NCBI GenBank assembly: GCA_038064895.1
Contig: JBBTSA010000002.1
Span: 8,942 to 72,941, forward strand
Source: Patescibacteria group bacterium
Lineage (GTDB): Bacteria; Patescibacteriota; Microgenomatia; Daviesbacterales; UBA10151
Direction: 5' to 3'
Length of the DNA: 64,000 nucleotides
Translations under genes and position numbers: made by a program
In this document: positions 26,853 to 35,213 of the stretch, one piece after another
How positions within the stretch are numbered: position 1 is the first letter of the stretch
Layout of the letters: each line of letters begins with the position of its first letter
The notes under the pieces: generated by a model
What the model was told of the DNA's origin: nothing
The model's database searches: none
The model's input: only the letters and a program-made list of their open reading frames with translations

Positions 26853-27491
26853 ATGAACCCGGAGTTTCTAGCCCTATCCATAGTCATTTTGTTATTCTCT
26901 GTTATTGTCCATGAGGTTATGCATGGGTATGTTGCCAAAAAATTTGGTGACCATACAGCAGAAAAAGCTGGCAGGTTAACCCTAAATCCAATACCCCATA
27001 TTGATCTTTTTGGAACAATTCTACTTCCGGGGCTTTTAATTTTTACCGGCTCCCCAATTCTTTTTGGATGGGCAAAACCGGTTCCTGTTAATCCTTTGAA
27101 CTTTACAAGTTTAAGAAAAGGAGAGCTTATGGTTTCTGCAGCAGGAATACTCTCCAACTTTGGTTTAGCCATAGCTGCAGCTTTAATTTATCATATCCTA
27201 AATGCCTTACCACAAACTTTTCCATTTTTACTGGGGGCACTTTTAAGATTCACAGTTACCATAAATTTGGTTTTGGGAGTATTTAATTTATTTCCTATTC
27301 CTCCTCTGGATGGATCAAAAGTGCTTTTATCTCAACTTCCTTATCATTTGGCAAAATCCTATCAAAGACTTGAGCCATATGGCATCTTGATACTTCTAAT
27401 TTTTCTTATGGTTCCATTTGGCCAAAGTTCACTCCTACATACAGTTTTGGGCTTTTTTGTAAGACTCTTATCCAGCTTTCTTGGATTTTAA
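26853..27491 (+). CDS. Site-2 protease family (M50) zinc metalloprotease
   Basis: 212 aa polytopic. HEVMHGYVAKKFGD (HExxH) and NLFPIPPLDGSKV (LDG motif). Confidence 0.8.
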   Translation: MNPEFLALSIVILLFSVIVHEVMHGYVAKKFGDHTAEKAGRLTLNPIPHIDLFGTILLPGLLIFTGSPILFGWAKPVPVNPLNFTSLRKGELMVSAAGILSNFGLAIAAALIYHILNALPQTFPFLLGALLRFTVTINLVLGVFNLFPIPPLDGSKVLLSQLPYHLAKSYQRLEPYGILILLIFLMVPFGQSSLLHTVLGFFVRLLSSFLGF

Positions 27492-27574
27492 TTTCTTACT
27501 TGACATTTTTTTATCTTAATATTACTATTAAATTATCCTAAAGGACATTTTGTAGATGGCCTAAAGGATTGATC

Positions 27575-27615
27575 CTGAGCGATCCCGAGCTTGTCGAGGG
27601 AGAGCGAAGGACTGC
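27575..27615. repeat. Degenerate copy of the palindromic element core (CCCGAGCTTGTCGAGGG)
   Basis: gagcgatcccgagcttgtcgagggagagcgaag shares the CCCGAGCTTGTCGAGGG palindrome with the element at 38358-38445. Confidence 0.5.
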
Positions 27616-27848
27616 CCTACATAGCACGTTTAAAGCCAGAATATTTTTCTTCATTGTTTTGTAACTATACGGGGGTTTGGAAGTTGGCGGATCGTAAAGA
27701 TACACCACAGAACACCCACCTCAAATTACTTGAGGGAAAAATTTGGCTAAACGACTGTAGTAGGGAGAAATTATATTTTGTTTAAACCATTCTCATATTT
27801 CAATTTCTTTCCCAATTTATTTGGTGTGTGTTAAAATTTAATACGTTT

Positions 27849-27920
27849 GCCTCCTTAGCTTAGTGGTAAAGCAGCGGTTTTGTAAACCGTCGACGGCAGT
27901 CCGATCCTGCCAGGAGGCTC
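27849..27920 (+). tRNA. tRNA-Thr (anticodon UGU)
   Basis: Manual fold. Acceptor gcctcct/aggaggc, D stem gctt/aagc, anticodon stem gcggt/accgt with loop tttgtaa (U33, UGU, A37), T stem ggcag/ctgcc. Confidence 0.65.
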
Positions 27921-27928
27921 AAACTTAA

Positions 27929-28000
27929 GCCGACGTAGCTCAGTAGCAGAGCAACTCCATGGTAAGGAGTAGGTCGTGGGTGCAGTCCCCACCGTCGGCT
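27929..28000 (+). tRNA. tRNA-Thr (anticodon GGU)
   Basis: Manual fold. Acceptor gccgacg/cgtcggc, D stem gctc/gagc, anticodon stem actcc/ggagt with loop atggtaa (GGU), T stem gtggg/cccac. Confidence 0.65.
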
Positions 28001-28024
28001 CCCATATGATATACTAATCCCTCT

Positions 28025-28195
28025 ATGGCTAAAGGTAACAGAATTTTAATAGGTCTTGTTTGTTCTGTTTGCAAAAACAGGAATTATATAACTGAAAAGA
28101 ATAAGCTGGAACAAAAAGAAAAGCTTGTTTTGAGTAAATTTTGTAAACACTGTAGAAAATCAACGGAGCACCAAGAAACCTCCAAATTGGACTAA
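28025..28195 (+). CDS. rpmG: 50S ribosomal protein L33
   Basis: 56-aa translation MAKGNRILIGLVCSVCKNRNYITEKNK...KFCKHCRK with four Zn-ribbon cysteines. Below the 60-aa track cutoff. Confidence 0.8.
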   Translation: MAKGNRILIGLVCSVCKNRNYITEKNKLEQKEKLVLSKFCKHCRKSTEHQETSKLD

Positions 28196-28243
28196 TTATC
28201 TAATTTGCTACGATTTTTGCTTTCGGGTACAATTGAAAAGTCT

Positions 28244-28317
28244 AGGGGCGTCGGTCAGTGGTAGGCCCTTGCTCTCCAAAAGCAATGACAGAGGTTCAAT
28301 TCCTCTCGCCCCTGCCA
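28244..28317 (+). tRNA. tRNA-Trp (anticodon CCA)
   Basis: Manual fold. Acceptor aggggcg/cgcccct, D stem ggtc/ggcc, anticodon stem ttgct/agcaa with loop ctccaaa (CCA), T stem agagg/cctct with loop ttcaatt. 3' CCA encoded. Confidence 0.8.
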
Positions 28318-28493
28318 GTTAAGACTTAATATTGTCTGTATTTATCATGTTTTCCTATATCAATAAAAAGTACTTGTGATTCATCAATCCAGCTGCAGCC
28401 TTTCCAAAAGATCAAGGCCAATAATTGCCCCTATCGGTTAGTCTATGTCAATATGACATACATAAGATACAAGGCCTGCAGGTCTTGGATTTT

Positions 28494-29588
28494 CTAAATT
28501 TGGACTGGGAAGCGATCAAGAGGCTGTCCACTCCTTCTGAAAGTTATATCCTCCTTCCACTGGTTTAACTCAAAAACCGCATCAGTTAAGACTTTTTGGG
28601 CCCTTTGAGGCCCTTGGGTCCCCAAAATTTGCTCAAAGTAAGTTAAGGGTAAAAGTCTTTTAGCCCTTTCTTTAAAAGGATTGGCCAAAAGTTCCAAAAT
28701 CTGCATTTTCGCATCTTGAGATAACTTCAAAGCTAACTGACTACGAGCCTCCAAATCTGTAGCATCATCCCAACTCTTTTTAGTTTTGAATGCCTGAGAG
28801 TGCAAATTTATAACCCTATCTTCAGAGTAATTCCTGTGGGCTTCCAATCTTCTGTAACGAACCATAAGTGAAATGGCGATTTCATCAATTTCTCTCATTC
28901 TATCCAAAATGCTTCCGCCTGCCCTTTGTAAAGCAGCAAAGCGTTTGAATCTGTCATCTTCAGTAAACATCTCTTCCAAAGCCTGACCTGCCCCTTTTAA
29001 ATATGGATTGGTCGAACGATTCAGTCTGCTGGAAAGTGTGCGAAGAGGATCTATCCTAAAACCTAGAGAAATTGAGGGCGTAGGTTGTAAAAGGCCTCTT
29101 GTAGCCTCATCAATTAGCCTTCTTACATCAAAAACCCAATCTTTGTGGCCCCCAATTACCACAGTTTGCACAGTTTGGTCAAGTCCTTGGGCAAATTCCC
29201 TAAGGCCTAAAGGGGGCATAACTTCCTCTTCACCTGTTTCTTTTTCTTCTTCAACTACCTCCTCAATACCTAGGTAGCGTTTTATAATTCGTACATACTG
29301 ACGCATTGGGCGTTCAATGTCATCAAAGCCAGAGGGACCCCCTTGATGTGACAATACCCTGACCAATCTTTGGCCCTCTTCACTGCGCTGGGTCTTCCAA
29401 CGATGCAAAAAGCTTCTGATATTACCCTCCTCATCAATCCCTATGTACCCTCGGCCATAATTTGGATGGCCCTGTCTTTCAATAGGATCGATAATCCTCA
29501 TTATCAAAGAGGGTTTTGTATTTGGCCAATTAAGCACTTGGAGAGGCTCTAATGGAGGTCTTTCAAATCTTGGTCTTTCTTCCTGCAT
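28494..29588 (-). CDS. Hypothetical protein (364 aa), GC-richer, divergent from cNMP-binding gene
   Basis: Long ORF with an acidic stretch EEVVEEEKETGEEE and no recognisable domain. Composition differs from core genes. Confidence 0.5.
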   Translation of the reverse strand: MQEERPRFERPPLEPLQVLNWPNTKPSLIMRIIDPIERQGHPNYGRGYIGIDEEGNIRSFLHRWKTQRSEEGQRLVRVLSHQGGPSGFDDIERPMRQYVRIIKRYLGIEEVVEEEKETGEEEVMPPLGLREFAQGLDQTVQTVVIGGHKDWVFDVRRLIDEATRGLLQPTPSISLGFRIDPLRTLSSRLNRSTNPYLKGAGQALEEMFTEDDRFKRFAALQRAGGSILDRMREIDEIAISLMVRYRRLEAHRNYSEDRVINLHSQAFKTKKSWDDATDLEARSQLALKLSQDAKMQILELLANPFKERAKRLLPLTYFEQILGTQGPQRAQKVLTDAVFELNQWKEDITFRRSGQPLDRFPVQI

Positions 29589-29617
29589 GTTGTCATTATT
29601 TTACCAGAAAATAGAAT

Positions 29618-30883
29618 TTGCATCGTGGATTCAATTGTTTTAGAATTGGCATGAATATGAGTAATCCAGAATCCAAAGCAAACAGGTGGCGTGTGGCAGG
29701 AAACAGTATCAGCGAAAAAATACCTCTTAGCCCGGAAGGAATGATGCTGCAACCCGGTGAACCGAATAGATCTATTACTTATTTGTTGTATGTTAAAGAG
29801 CAAACAGTCTGTATTGCCCACCTTATACCCCCGTCTTTGCAACCAACCCATCTCCAAAGAGTCTCTTTAGGCCGTTTTTCTCCTTCTATCACCTCTTGGG
29901 TAGAACGGGATCTTGGAGGATACCGAGCAAGGTATCAAGTTTTGGTTGAACAAGCAAAGGGAGAATACTTCCTTGAGGTAAACAATTTAGGCACTGAACC
30001 TATTTCAGTTTATCCGGCTGAAGCAACTGTACAAACACCTAAGCAGCCGACATCTGAAACCGAATTAACCACTAATACGGCAAAATCCGCGCTTTCCAGG
30101 ACTTGGCCATTTTTAACTGACAGGCAAATTGAGATTTTCTCAGGAGAGCTTAAGGCAGAACACTACAAACGTGGTGAAGTAATCCTTCAGGAAGGTGATT
30201 CAGCCGAGCCCCCGAAAGATAAGATGTTTCTTGTTGCAAAAGGCAAGGTTGATGTTACTGTGGGAGGTAGTCATGAATCTTCAATAACTCCCCAAAGTCC
30301 GGCTCCATATTTTGGTGAGAGAGCACTAATAACTAAAGAGCCCAGAAATGCAACAGTAATGGTAAGTGAAGAGAATGAAGAAGTACTCCTCTTTTCATTT
30401 AGTGGTGATAGCCTAAATAAGTTGAAACAATTATCGCCAGATTTAAAAAGCTTAATAGACTTAGTTATAAAAATCCGAGACGGCCAGAGAGTAACTGCAT
30501 ATGATTTGGCAGAAGCCATCAGGCTTCCAATAGCAATTCAAACTTCCTTTAAGTATGCACATAATTTTCTTTCTCGATTCTTAGATCTAGAAGGTTCATC
30601 TGACTACTATATCCAAGCGGCAAATAATGCTGGTCAGCAAACCGCTGCTGCAGAAAATTTGTTAATTGCCTGTGGCTATCTTGTAAGCGAATACCCTGGA
30701 CAAGGCAAATTCCCAGAAGTTATTGGTGAGGTTAAACGTCTTATTAGATTGGCAACCCAGCATTATGAACGGGCTAACAAACTACATGAGGCCGATACTT
30801 TAAGAGTTATTGAAGAGGAGTCAAACCTGGTTAAAATTGTAACTGTTTTAGCAGCTCAATATGTAGCCCAGCAAACTAATTAG
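29618..30883 (+). CDS. Cyclic-nucleotide-binding (CAP-family) domain protein with FHA-like N-terminal region
   Basis: 421 aa. cNMP-binding signature ...GEVILQEGDSAEP...FLVAKGKVDV...YFGERALITKEPRNATV. N-terminal GRFSPS...EVNNLGTEPISVY is FHA-like (tentative). Start codon uncertain. Confidence 0.55.
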   Translation: MHRGFNCFRIGMNMSNPESKANRWRVAGNSISEKIPLSPEGMMLQPGEPNRSITYLLYVKEQTVCIAHLIPPSLQPTHLQRVSLGRFSPSITSWVERDLGGYRARYQVLVEQAKGEYFLEVNNLGTEPISVYPAEATVQTPKQPTSETELTTNTAKSALSRTWPFLTDRQIEIFSGELKAEHYKRGEVILQEGDSAEPPKDKMFLVAKGKVDVTVGGSHESSITPQSPAPYFGERALITKEPRNATVMVSEENEEVLLFSFSGDSLNKLKQLSPDLKSLIDLVIKIRDGQRVTAYDLAEAIRLPIAIQTSFKYAHNFLSRFLDLEGSSDYYIQAANNAGQQTAAAENLLIACGYLVSEYPGQGKFPEVIGEVKRLIRLATQHYERANKLHEADTLRVIEEESNLVKIVTVLAAQYVAQQTN

Positions 30884-31035
30884 AAATTCACCTTAATTCT
30901 TGCAGACTAATACCTTCCAACCCTTCAATAGATTCAGGGTAAACATAGTGGTTCGACAGGGATTTTCTGGAATCGGCATACGTACAAGATACTACACTGG
31001 GGTATTGAATTCAAACGCTTTGTAATTGTAATACT

Positions 31036-31075
31036 CTGAATTCTTTCTGTAATAATTTCCAACATAGTTTACACT
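31036..31075. repeat. ~40-bp direct repeat (copy 1) flanking two tiny membrane-peptide genes
   Basis: ctgaattctttctgtaataatttccaacatagtttacac resembles 31517-31556 (cgaattttctctataataacttctaacaaagtttacta). Confidence 0.45.
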
Positions 31076-31171
31076 TCGACTACTTCGACTTCGCTCAGTA
31101 CAGGTTCGCTCAGTGCAAGCCAGGGCCTGCAAGGTATTACCTTTCGGCACCATGTAGGCCAATAGAAGAAT

Positions 31172-31282
31172 TTAATGTTTAGATTTACTTGGTTTGGAGA
31201 AAACAGAATAAACAACAGCAAAAGCAATTACTACTAAGGCAAAAGCAATTAGAGCTAAACTATTGACTTCCCAGAAATTCAT
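31172..31282 (-). CDS. 36-aa hydrophobic peptide (small membrane protein)
   Basis: rc translation MNFWEVNSLALIAFALVVIAFAVVYSVFSKPSKSKH. ATGA overlap with the upstream small membrane protein gene. Confidence 0.35.
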   Translation of the reverse strand: MNFWEVNSLALIAFALVVIAFAVVYSVFSKPSKSKH

Positions 31283-31482
31283 TGTAATTCCTTTCTTAAC
31301 CTATATCCAAAGTATAAAGAAAGTATACCAGCCAGGGTATCTGCTGTCAATACGACCACTTTAGAAGAAGAATCTATACCTGGAAAGATCGGTGCAACCA
31401 ATGCCAAACCGAACCAAAATACGGAAAAATTAATAAAGAAATCCGCCAAGACTGAAATTAAATCTGAATCAATTTGTTTCAC
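31279..31482 (-). CDS. Small membrane protein (67 aa)
   Basis: Two hydrophobic helices (FFINFSVFWFGLALVAPIF, LAGILSLYFGY). Confidence 0.4.
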   Translation of the reverse strand: MKQIDSDLISVLADFFINFSVFWFGLALVAPIFPGIDSSSKVVVLTADTLAGILSLYFGYRLRKELQ

Positions 31483-31516
31483 TAACCATTAATTTACCAT
31501 ATTGCTTAAAATAGTT

Positions 31517-31556
31517 CGAATTTTCTCTATAATAACTTCTAACAAAGTTTACTAAT
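31517..31556. repeat. ~40-bp direct repeat (copy 2)
   Basis: See 31036-31075. Confidence 0.45.
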
Positions 31557-31579
31557 CCCTGCTAGAAAATATGAATATT

Positions 31580-32251
31580 TTAAAAATTAACTCTTATTCT
31601 TGCAGTATCCAGAAATCCTAATGTTCCATCCGATGTTTTTGCCTGCAAAATATAAGTTTTACTGCCTGAAGAAAGGGTAAAAGTTTGGGATGAAGAAGTA
31701 GCAGAGGTTGTAGAAGTTGTTGTTGCTTCTGAAGAAACTGCAGATCCCGAGCTGTATAAACGTGCATAAAGTGTACCCCCCGGCTGATTTAGCCTCATGT
31801 TAACCTCAAGCTGCATGTTTTTGTAACCCGGATACTGGGATGGATCCAAACTGATCTGAAATGTATTTAAGCTTACCCAGTTTGTGTCAGAAATCTGCCC
31901 CCCTGAACCCAAAGGGATATAGACTGTGGAACTGGATGTTGTAGAAGCGGGAGCAGGAGTTGCATCTTCCAGGCTTGTCACTCTTTCTTTAAGTTCGGTT
32001 AAAGAAGCCTCCAGTGTTTTTATTCTTGAATCCAAAGATGCATCGGCAGTTGGCTTTGGAACTTTATCCTCAGGACGCTTGACTTTATCCTCTAAAGATG
32101 GTCCGGGCAAGCTTTGAGGCACTTCAACAGGCTCCTCCACACTTTGAGTTTGAGAAGTTTCCAGGCTCTTTTTTGCTGCAAAAAACCGGAAATATCCCAA
32201 AGCTCCAAGTATTAAAAGAGCAACCAGTATAAAAGGCATAAATTTTAGCAT
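31580..32251 (-). CDS. Membrane-anchored Ser/Thr-rich hypothetical protein
   Basis: 223 aa. N-terminal TM, coiled-coil (IKTLEASLTELKERVTSLE), C-terminal Ser/Thr-rich beta region. Confidence 0.45.
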   Translation of the reverse strand: MLKFMPFILVALLILGALGYFRFFAAKKSLETSQTQSVEEPVEVPQSLPGPSLEDKVKRPEDKVPKPTADASLDSRIKTLEASLTELKERVTSLEDATPAPASTTSSSTVYIPLGSGGQISDTNWVSLNTFQISLDPSQYPGYKNMQLEVNMRLNQPGGTLYARLYSSGSAVSSEATTTSTTSATSSSQTFTLSSGSKTYILQAKTSDGTLGFLDTARIRVNF

Positions 32252-32252
32252 G

Positions 32253-32861
32253 TTAGTTAAATTTAAAACTCTCTATGATTTTATCTCCTCCCTCCATTAT
32301 TTTAAATAGAAACATCCTGCCGTCTTTTGGGATTAATATAAGTTTTGGCTTGCCCGGAGAATAAGATACAATTGCTGATTTGGTTAATTGGCCGCTTATG
32401 GTTGCATCCAGGCTAGGTTCTATTTGGCTTTTTCGGATGTCATATACTCCCCAGAAAAACGGGTAATACCAAAAGTCTTTATACCATTTTTGCGCTTCCG
32501 TTTTTTCAGGATTCTCAAATACCCATAACATAAAAGGGACTGCTTGGAACTGGTCTTCTGTTAAATCCGCATTTTTGGGTTTTACAAGTACTCCTTTTAC
32601 AAATTTAGGAGGCTCATAAGTTACATAATATTTAAAGTTTTTCCTGTACTGTGTTTTTGTCCGTTTTGAATACTCCTCTTCAGATTCAAATACAGCCTCA
32701 AAATCTTCAGGATACCTAAAAGAGAATTTAAGCTTGGAATCCTCATAAGTTGAATCCGTTTTGAAGCTTTTGGGTGAAGAAAGTGGAGCCTGTTTAGGCT
32801 GGCTAAAATACCAGAATCCACCCAGAATAACCACCAGGATTAGAACAGCCTTGAGCAGCAT
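32253..32861 (-). CDS. Membrane-anchored hypothetical protein
   Basis: 202 aa. N-terminal TM LLKAVLILVVILGGFWYF. Aromatic-rich extracytoplasmic domain. Confidence 0.45.
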   Translation of the reverse strand: MLLKAVLILVVILGGFWYFSQPKQAPLSSPKSFKTDSTYEDSKLKFSFRYPEDFEAVFESEEEYSKRTKTQYRKNFKYYVTYEPPKFVKGVLVKPKNADLTEDQFQAVPFMLWVFENPEKTEAQKWYKDFWYYPFFWGVYDIRKSQIEPSLDATISGQLTKSAIVSYSPGKPKLILIPKDGRMFLFKIMEGGDKIIESFKFN

Positions 32862-32893
32862 ATATTAATCATATCATAATTTGATTCGGACTG

Positions 32894-32922
32894 TTGACAG
32901 AATTACCGAAATTCTGTAAAAT
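32894..32922 (+). promoter_or_regulatory. Sigma-70-like promoter TTGACA-17-TAAAAT for the AbrB/PIN pair
   Basis: ttgaca 32894-99, 17-nt spacer, taaaat 32917-22, about 10 nt before the ATG at 32933. Confidence 0.5.
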
Positions 32923-32932
32923 AGAAAATAAT

Positions 32933-33187
32933 ATGCAAACTACTTTTGAAGAAATTATTAAAATCCAACCAAGAGGAGTTTTTACCATACCTAAAAAGCT
33001 GCGGATAAATTTAGGGATCTCTGATAATAGTCTGGTTAGACTTAAGGAGGAAAGAGGCAGGCTGCTTATAGAACCTGTTAGGACCTTACCATACCCTGTA
33101 CGAAGTTATACCAAACAGGATATAGATGAGTTTATAGAATTTGACCAAAAACTTACTAAAACTTTGAAAGCAAAAGGAATATTGTAA
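32933..33187 (+). CDS. AbrB/SpoVT-type antitoxin
   Basis: MQTTFEEIIKIQPRGVFTIPKKLRINLGI is the AbrB-type swapped-hairpin signature. The upstream track start at 32894 lies inside the promoter. Confidence 0.6.
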   Translation: MQTTFEEIIKIQPRGVFTIPKKLRINLGISDNSLVRLKEERGRLLIEPVRTLPYPVRSYTKQDIDEFIEFDQKLTKTLKAKGIL

Positions 33188-33622
33188 GTGCCAAAGGATC
33201 CTCCCCTAATACTATTTAATGCCTCAGTGATTTTGGCAGGGATAAAATCTCCTCTAGGTGGTTCTGCTAAGCTGTTATCTTGGAGCAAGCAGGGAAAAGT
33301 AATTGGTTTAGTAAGTGAGATTATTGTTGATGAAGCGCTAAGGAATGCAACTAGGATTCATGTAAAACCTCAACATATCAATAGGCATTTAAAAAGTTTG
33401 AAAGTATGTTACTCTCCTAAAGCTCAAACAGTGGCTAAATTTGAAAAAATTGTAAAAGATTTGGGAGATGCTCATGTTTTAGCATCAGCAGAGGAAGAAA
33501 AAGCCCAATTTTTGGTAACTTTGGATAAAAAGCATCTTTTGATATTGCAAGGTGAAATTAAAAAGTTTAAAATTGTTTCTCCGGGCCAGTTAATTGAAGT
33601 CTTATCAAGTATCCAAAACTAG
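33188..33622 (+). CDS. PIN-domain toxin
   Basis: 144 aa, GTG start directly after the antitoxin stop. C-terminal DAHVLASAEEEKAQFLVTLDKKH is PIN-like. Confidence 0.55.
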   Translation: MPKDPPLILFNASVILAGIKSPLGGSAKLLSWSKQGKVIGLVSEIIVDEALRNATRIHVKPQHINRHLKSLKVCYSPKAQTVAKFEKIVKDLGDAHVLASAEEEKAQFLVTLDKKHLLILQGEIKKFKIVSPGQLIEVLSSIQN

Positions 33623-33654
33623 CTGCAAAGGTAAGGTTTGTGAAGCTAAATTAT

Positions 33655-35124
33655 TTATCTGACCGCAGCGAAGTTTAGCTCAAGGAAATCCCTTGCACGC
33701 AACGCTTTTATAGCTGCAGCTGCTGTCACACTGTCAAACTGTCCATAGGCAATTGCTCTTAATGCTTCAAACGGATATAAAAGTCTGACATTTTGCAAAT
33801 CAACTTTTGTGCTTCTTTTGAAAACTTCCCAGTCTGTAGCTCCATACATCACCTCAGGCATCATTCGGGCAACTCCTGTGTTAACAAACAACCTTCCTAG
33901 GTGATAATCAACTGGCAGGCCATTATCTTTTCCGCTACGAATAGCTTCAGTCATAAATCTTCCATGCTGGAAGCGATATCCTTCAGCAAAAACCATTTGT
34001 TCTCCTTCGTTTTGTGCTGCCATACCAATTCTACTGATTCTTAAAATATCATTTGCAAGAAGGTGCCTTGCTATGGCAGTTAAAGTAAAAGGGTCATTTA
34101 TGTCTGGAATCCTTGAGAAGAATTCTCCCAAACTTAAAAATGCAAGTCGCATCTTTTCTGAAACTTCCAAATCTTGTGGTCCAAATGCATCTGAGGTAGT
34201 ATCCAGGCTAAAATAGCTTGCCTCTGATGCCTCAAAGGTTGGATCTTGAGGAATTTTTCCCATATCTTTAATATTTTCAGCTCTAAGCAATCCTGTTTCA
34301 TCTGATGCTTCTTCAACTGCTCTTTTTAAAACCGGCACATCAGTGAATTTCGCCTGAAAACCTCTTTTCTCTCCACCAAGTCTTGGGCTATAGAAACCTC
34401 TTGAAGTTTCCAGCAACCACCCTCCCACATTTGGCCTATATGTTTGCGCCAGTAAAAGTCTTGGTTCCATACCAAACTGCGGTGCTCTTACAGTTACATC
34501 AAAAACAGTACCGTCAAACCCACTGTCTGAGTTTGCATTGAAGACCATAGGCTTTTGCACTGTTTCACCATTCGGTTCTAGCACATTAAAGATAACTACT
34601 GTAAAAAATCTTTCGTTTACGGAAACTATATCAGCAATATCTACAACTCTTTCTGCCTCTGCATTAACGGTGGGCGGCAATGGCTTTAAATGTAATTCTG
34701 CTAATTTCTGATTGATGCTTTGTACGGTAGTATCCGCTCGGAGAATATCACGAGGTACGGGAAAATTACTTTGCGCTCCCCTTACAAATGGAACATAGAT
34801 GTTATTCATTGCAGCAGCTTCTCTTGTCTGGAAAAAGGTCCAAAAAGCACCCCTGGCGCCTGGTTTTACCTCACCTGTATCTGGATCTTGAGTATCTGGG
34901 CTAAATTGTGCTGGTAGCCTAACTAAGTGAAGTCCTTCGCTCCCTAACACTACAACCTCTTCCGCACCAAGTATTCCAATCTCCCCTTGTGTTACATCAC
35001 CAAGTCCCTCAAGGGTATAAGGATGAGCTAAATTATGGCGTGCGAGCACGCTATTTATCGGATCAAGTCTCTCTCTTGTTTCTTGAGCTTGAAGAACATC
35101 TCTTTCTATACCATTTCCAGTCAT
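33655..35124 (-). CDS. Hypothetical protein (489 aa), GC-richer orphan
   Basis: Long ORF with no recognisable motif. Composition resembles the 28.5-30.9 kb pair. Confidence 0.5.
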   Translation of the reverse strand: MTGNGIERDVLQAQETRERLDPINSVLARHNLAHPYTLEGLGDVTQGEIGILGAEEVVVLGSEGLHLVRLPAQFSPDTQDPDTGEVKPGARGAFWTFFQTREAAAMNNIYVPFVRGAQSNFPVPRDILRADTTVQSINQKLAELHLKPLPPTVNAEAERVVDIADIVSVNERFFTVVIFNVLEPNGETVQKPMVFNANSDSGFDGTVFDVTVRAPQFGMEPRLLLAQTYRPNVGGWLLETSRGFYSPRLGGEKRGFQAKFTDVPVLKRAVEEASDETGLLRAENIKDMGKIPQDPTFEASEASYFSLDTTSDAFGPQDLEVSEKMRLAFLSLGEFFSRIPDINDPFTLTAIARHLLANDILRISRIGMAAQNEGEQMVFAEGYRFQHGRFMTEAIRSGKDNGLPVDYHLGRLFVNTGVARMMPEVMYGATDWEVFKRSTKVDLQNVRLLYPFEALRAIAYGQFDSVTAAAAIKALRARDFLELNFAAVR

Positions 35125-35213
35125 AAGTTAATTTTTGGATATTATCAAAATTTATAGTGCCTGTCAACCCTCTCTTTACACCTTGCATAAAAATATTCTA
35201 CTATATTTATACA

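Noticed and set aside
26606-27172. 188-aa minus-strand ORF from the track
   Set aside because: Its upstream 113 codons overlap the well-supported M50 protease gene on the opposite strand. Only the C-terminal 75 aa (from MTVCFRCGK...) look like ribosomal protein L28.
27591-27785. 64-aa ORF in the intergenic region upstream of the tRNA cluster
   Set aside because: Starts inside a degenerate palindromic repeat, has no RBS, and lies in a likely promoter region for the tRNA-Thr genes.
29549-29857. 102-aa minus-strand ORF between the divergent GC-rich genes
   Set aside because: Overlaps the 5' end of the better-supported plus-strand cNMP-binding gene. Its composition is Cys/His-rich low-complexity and it has no RBS.
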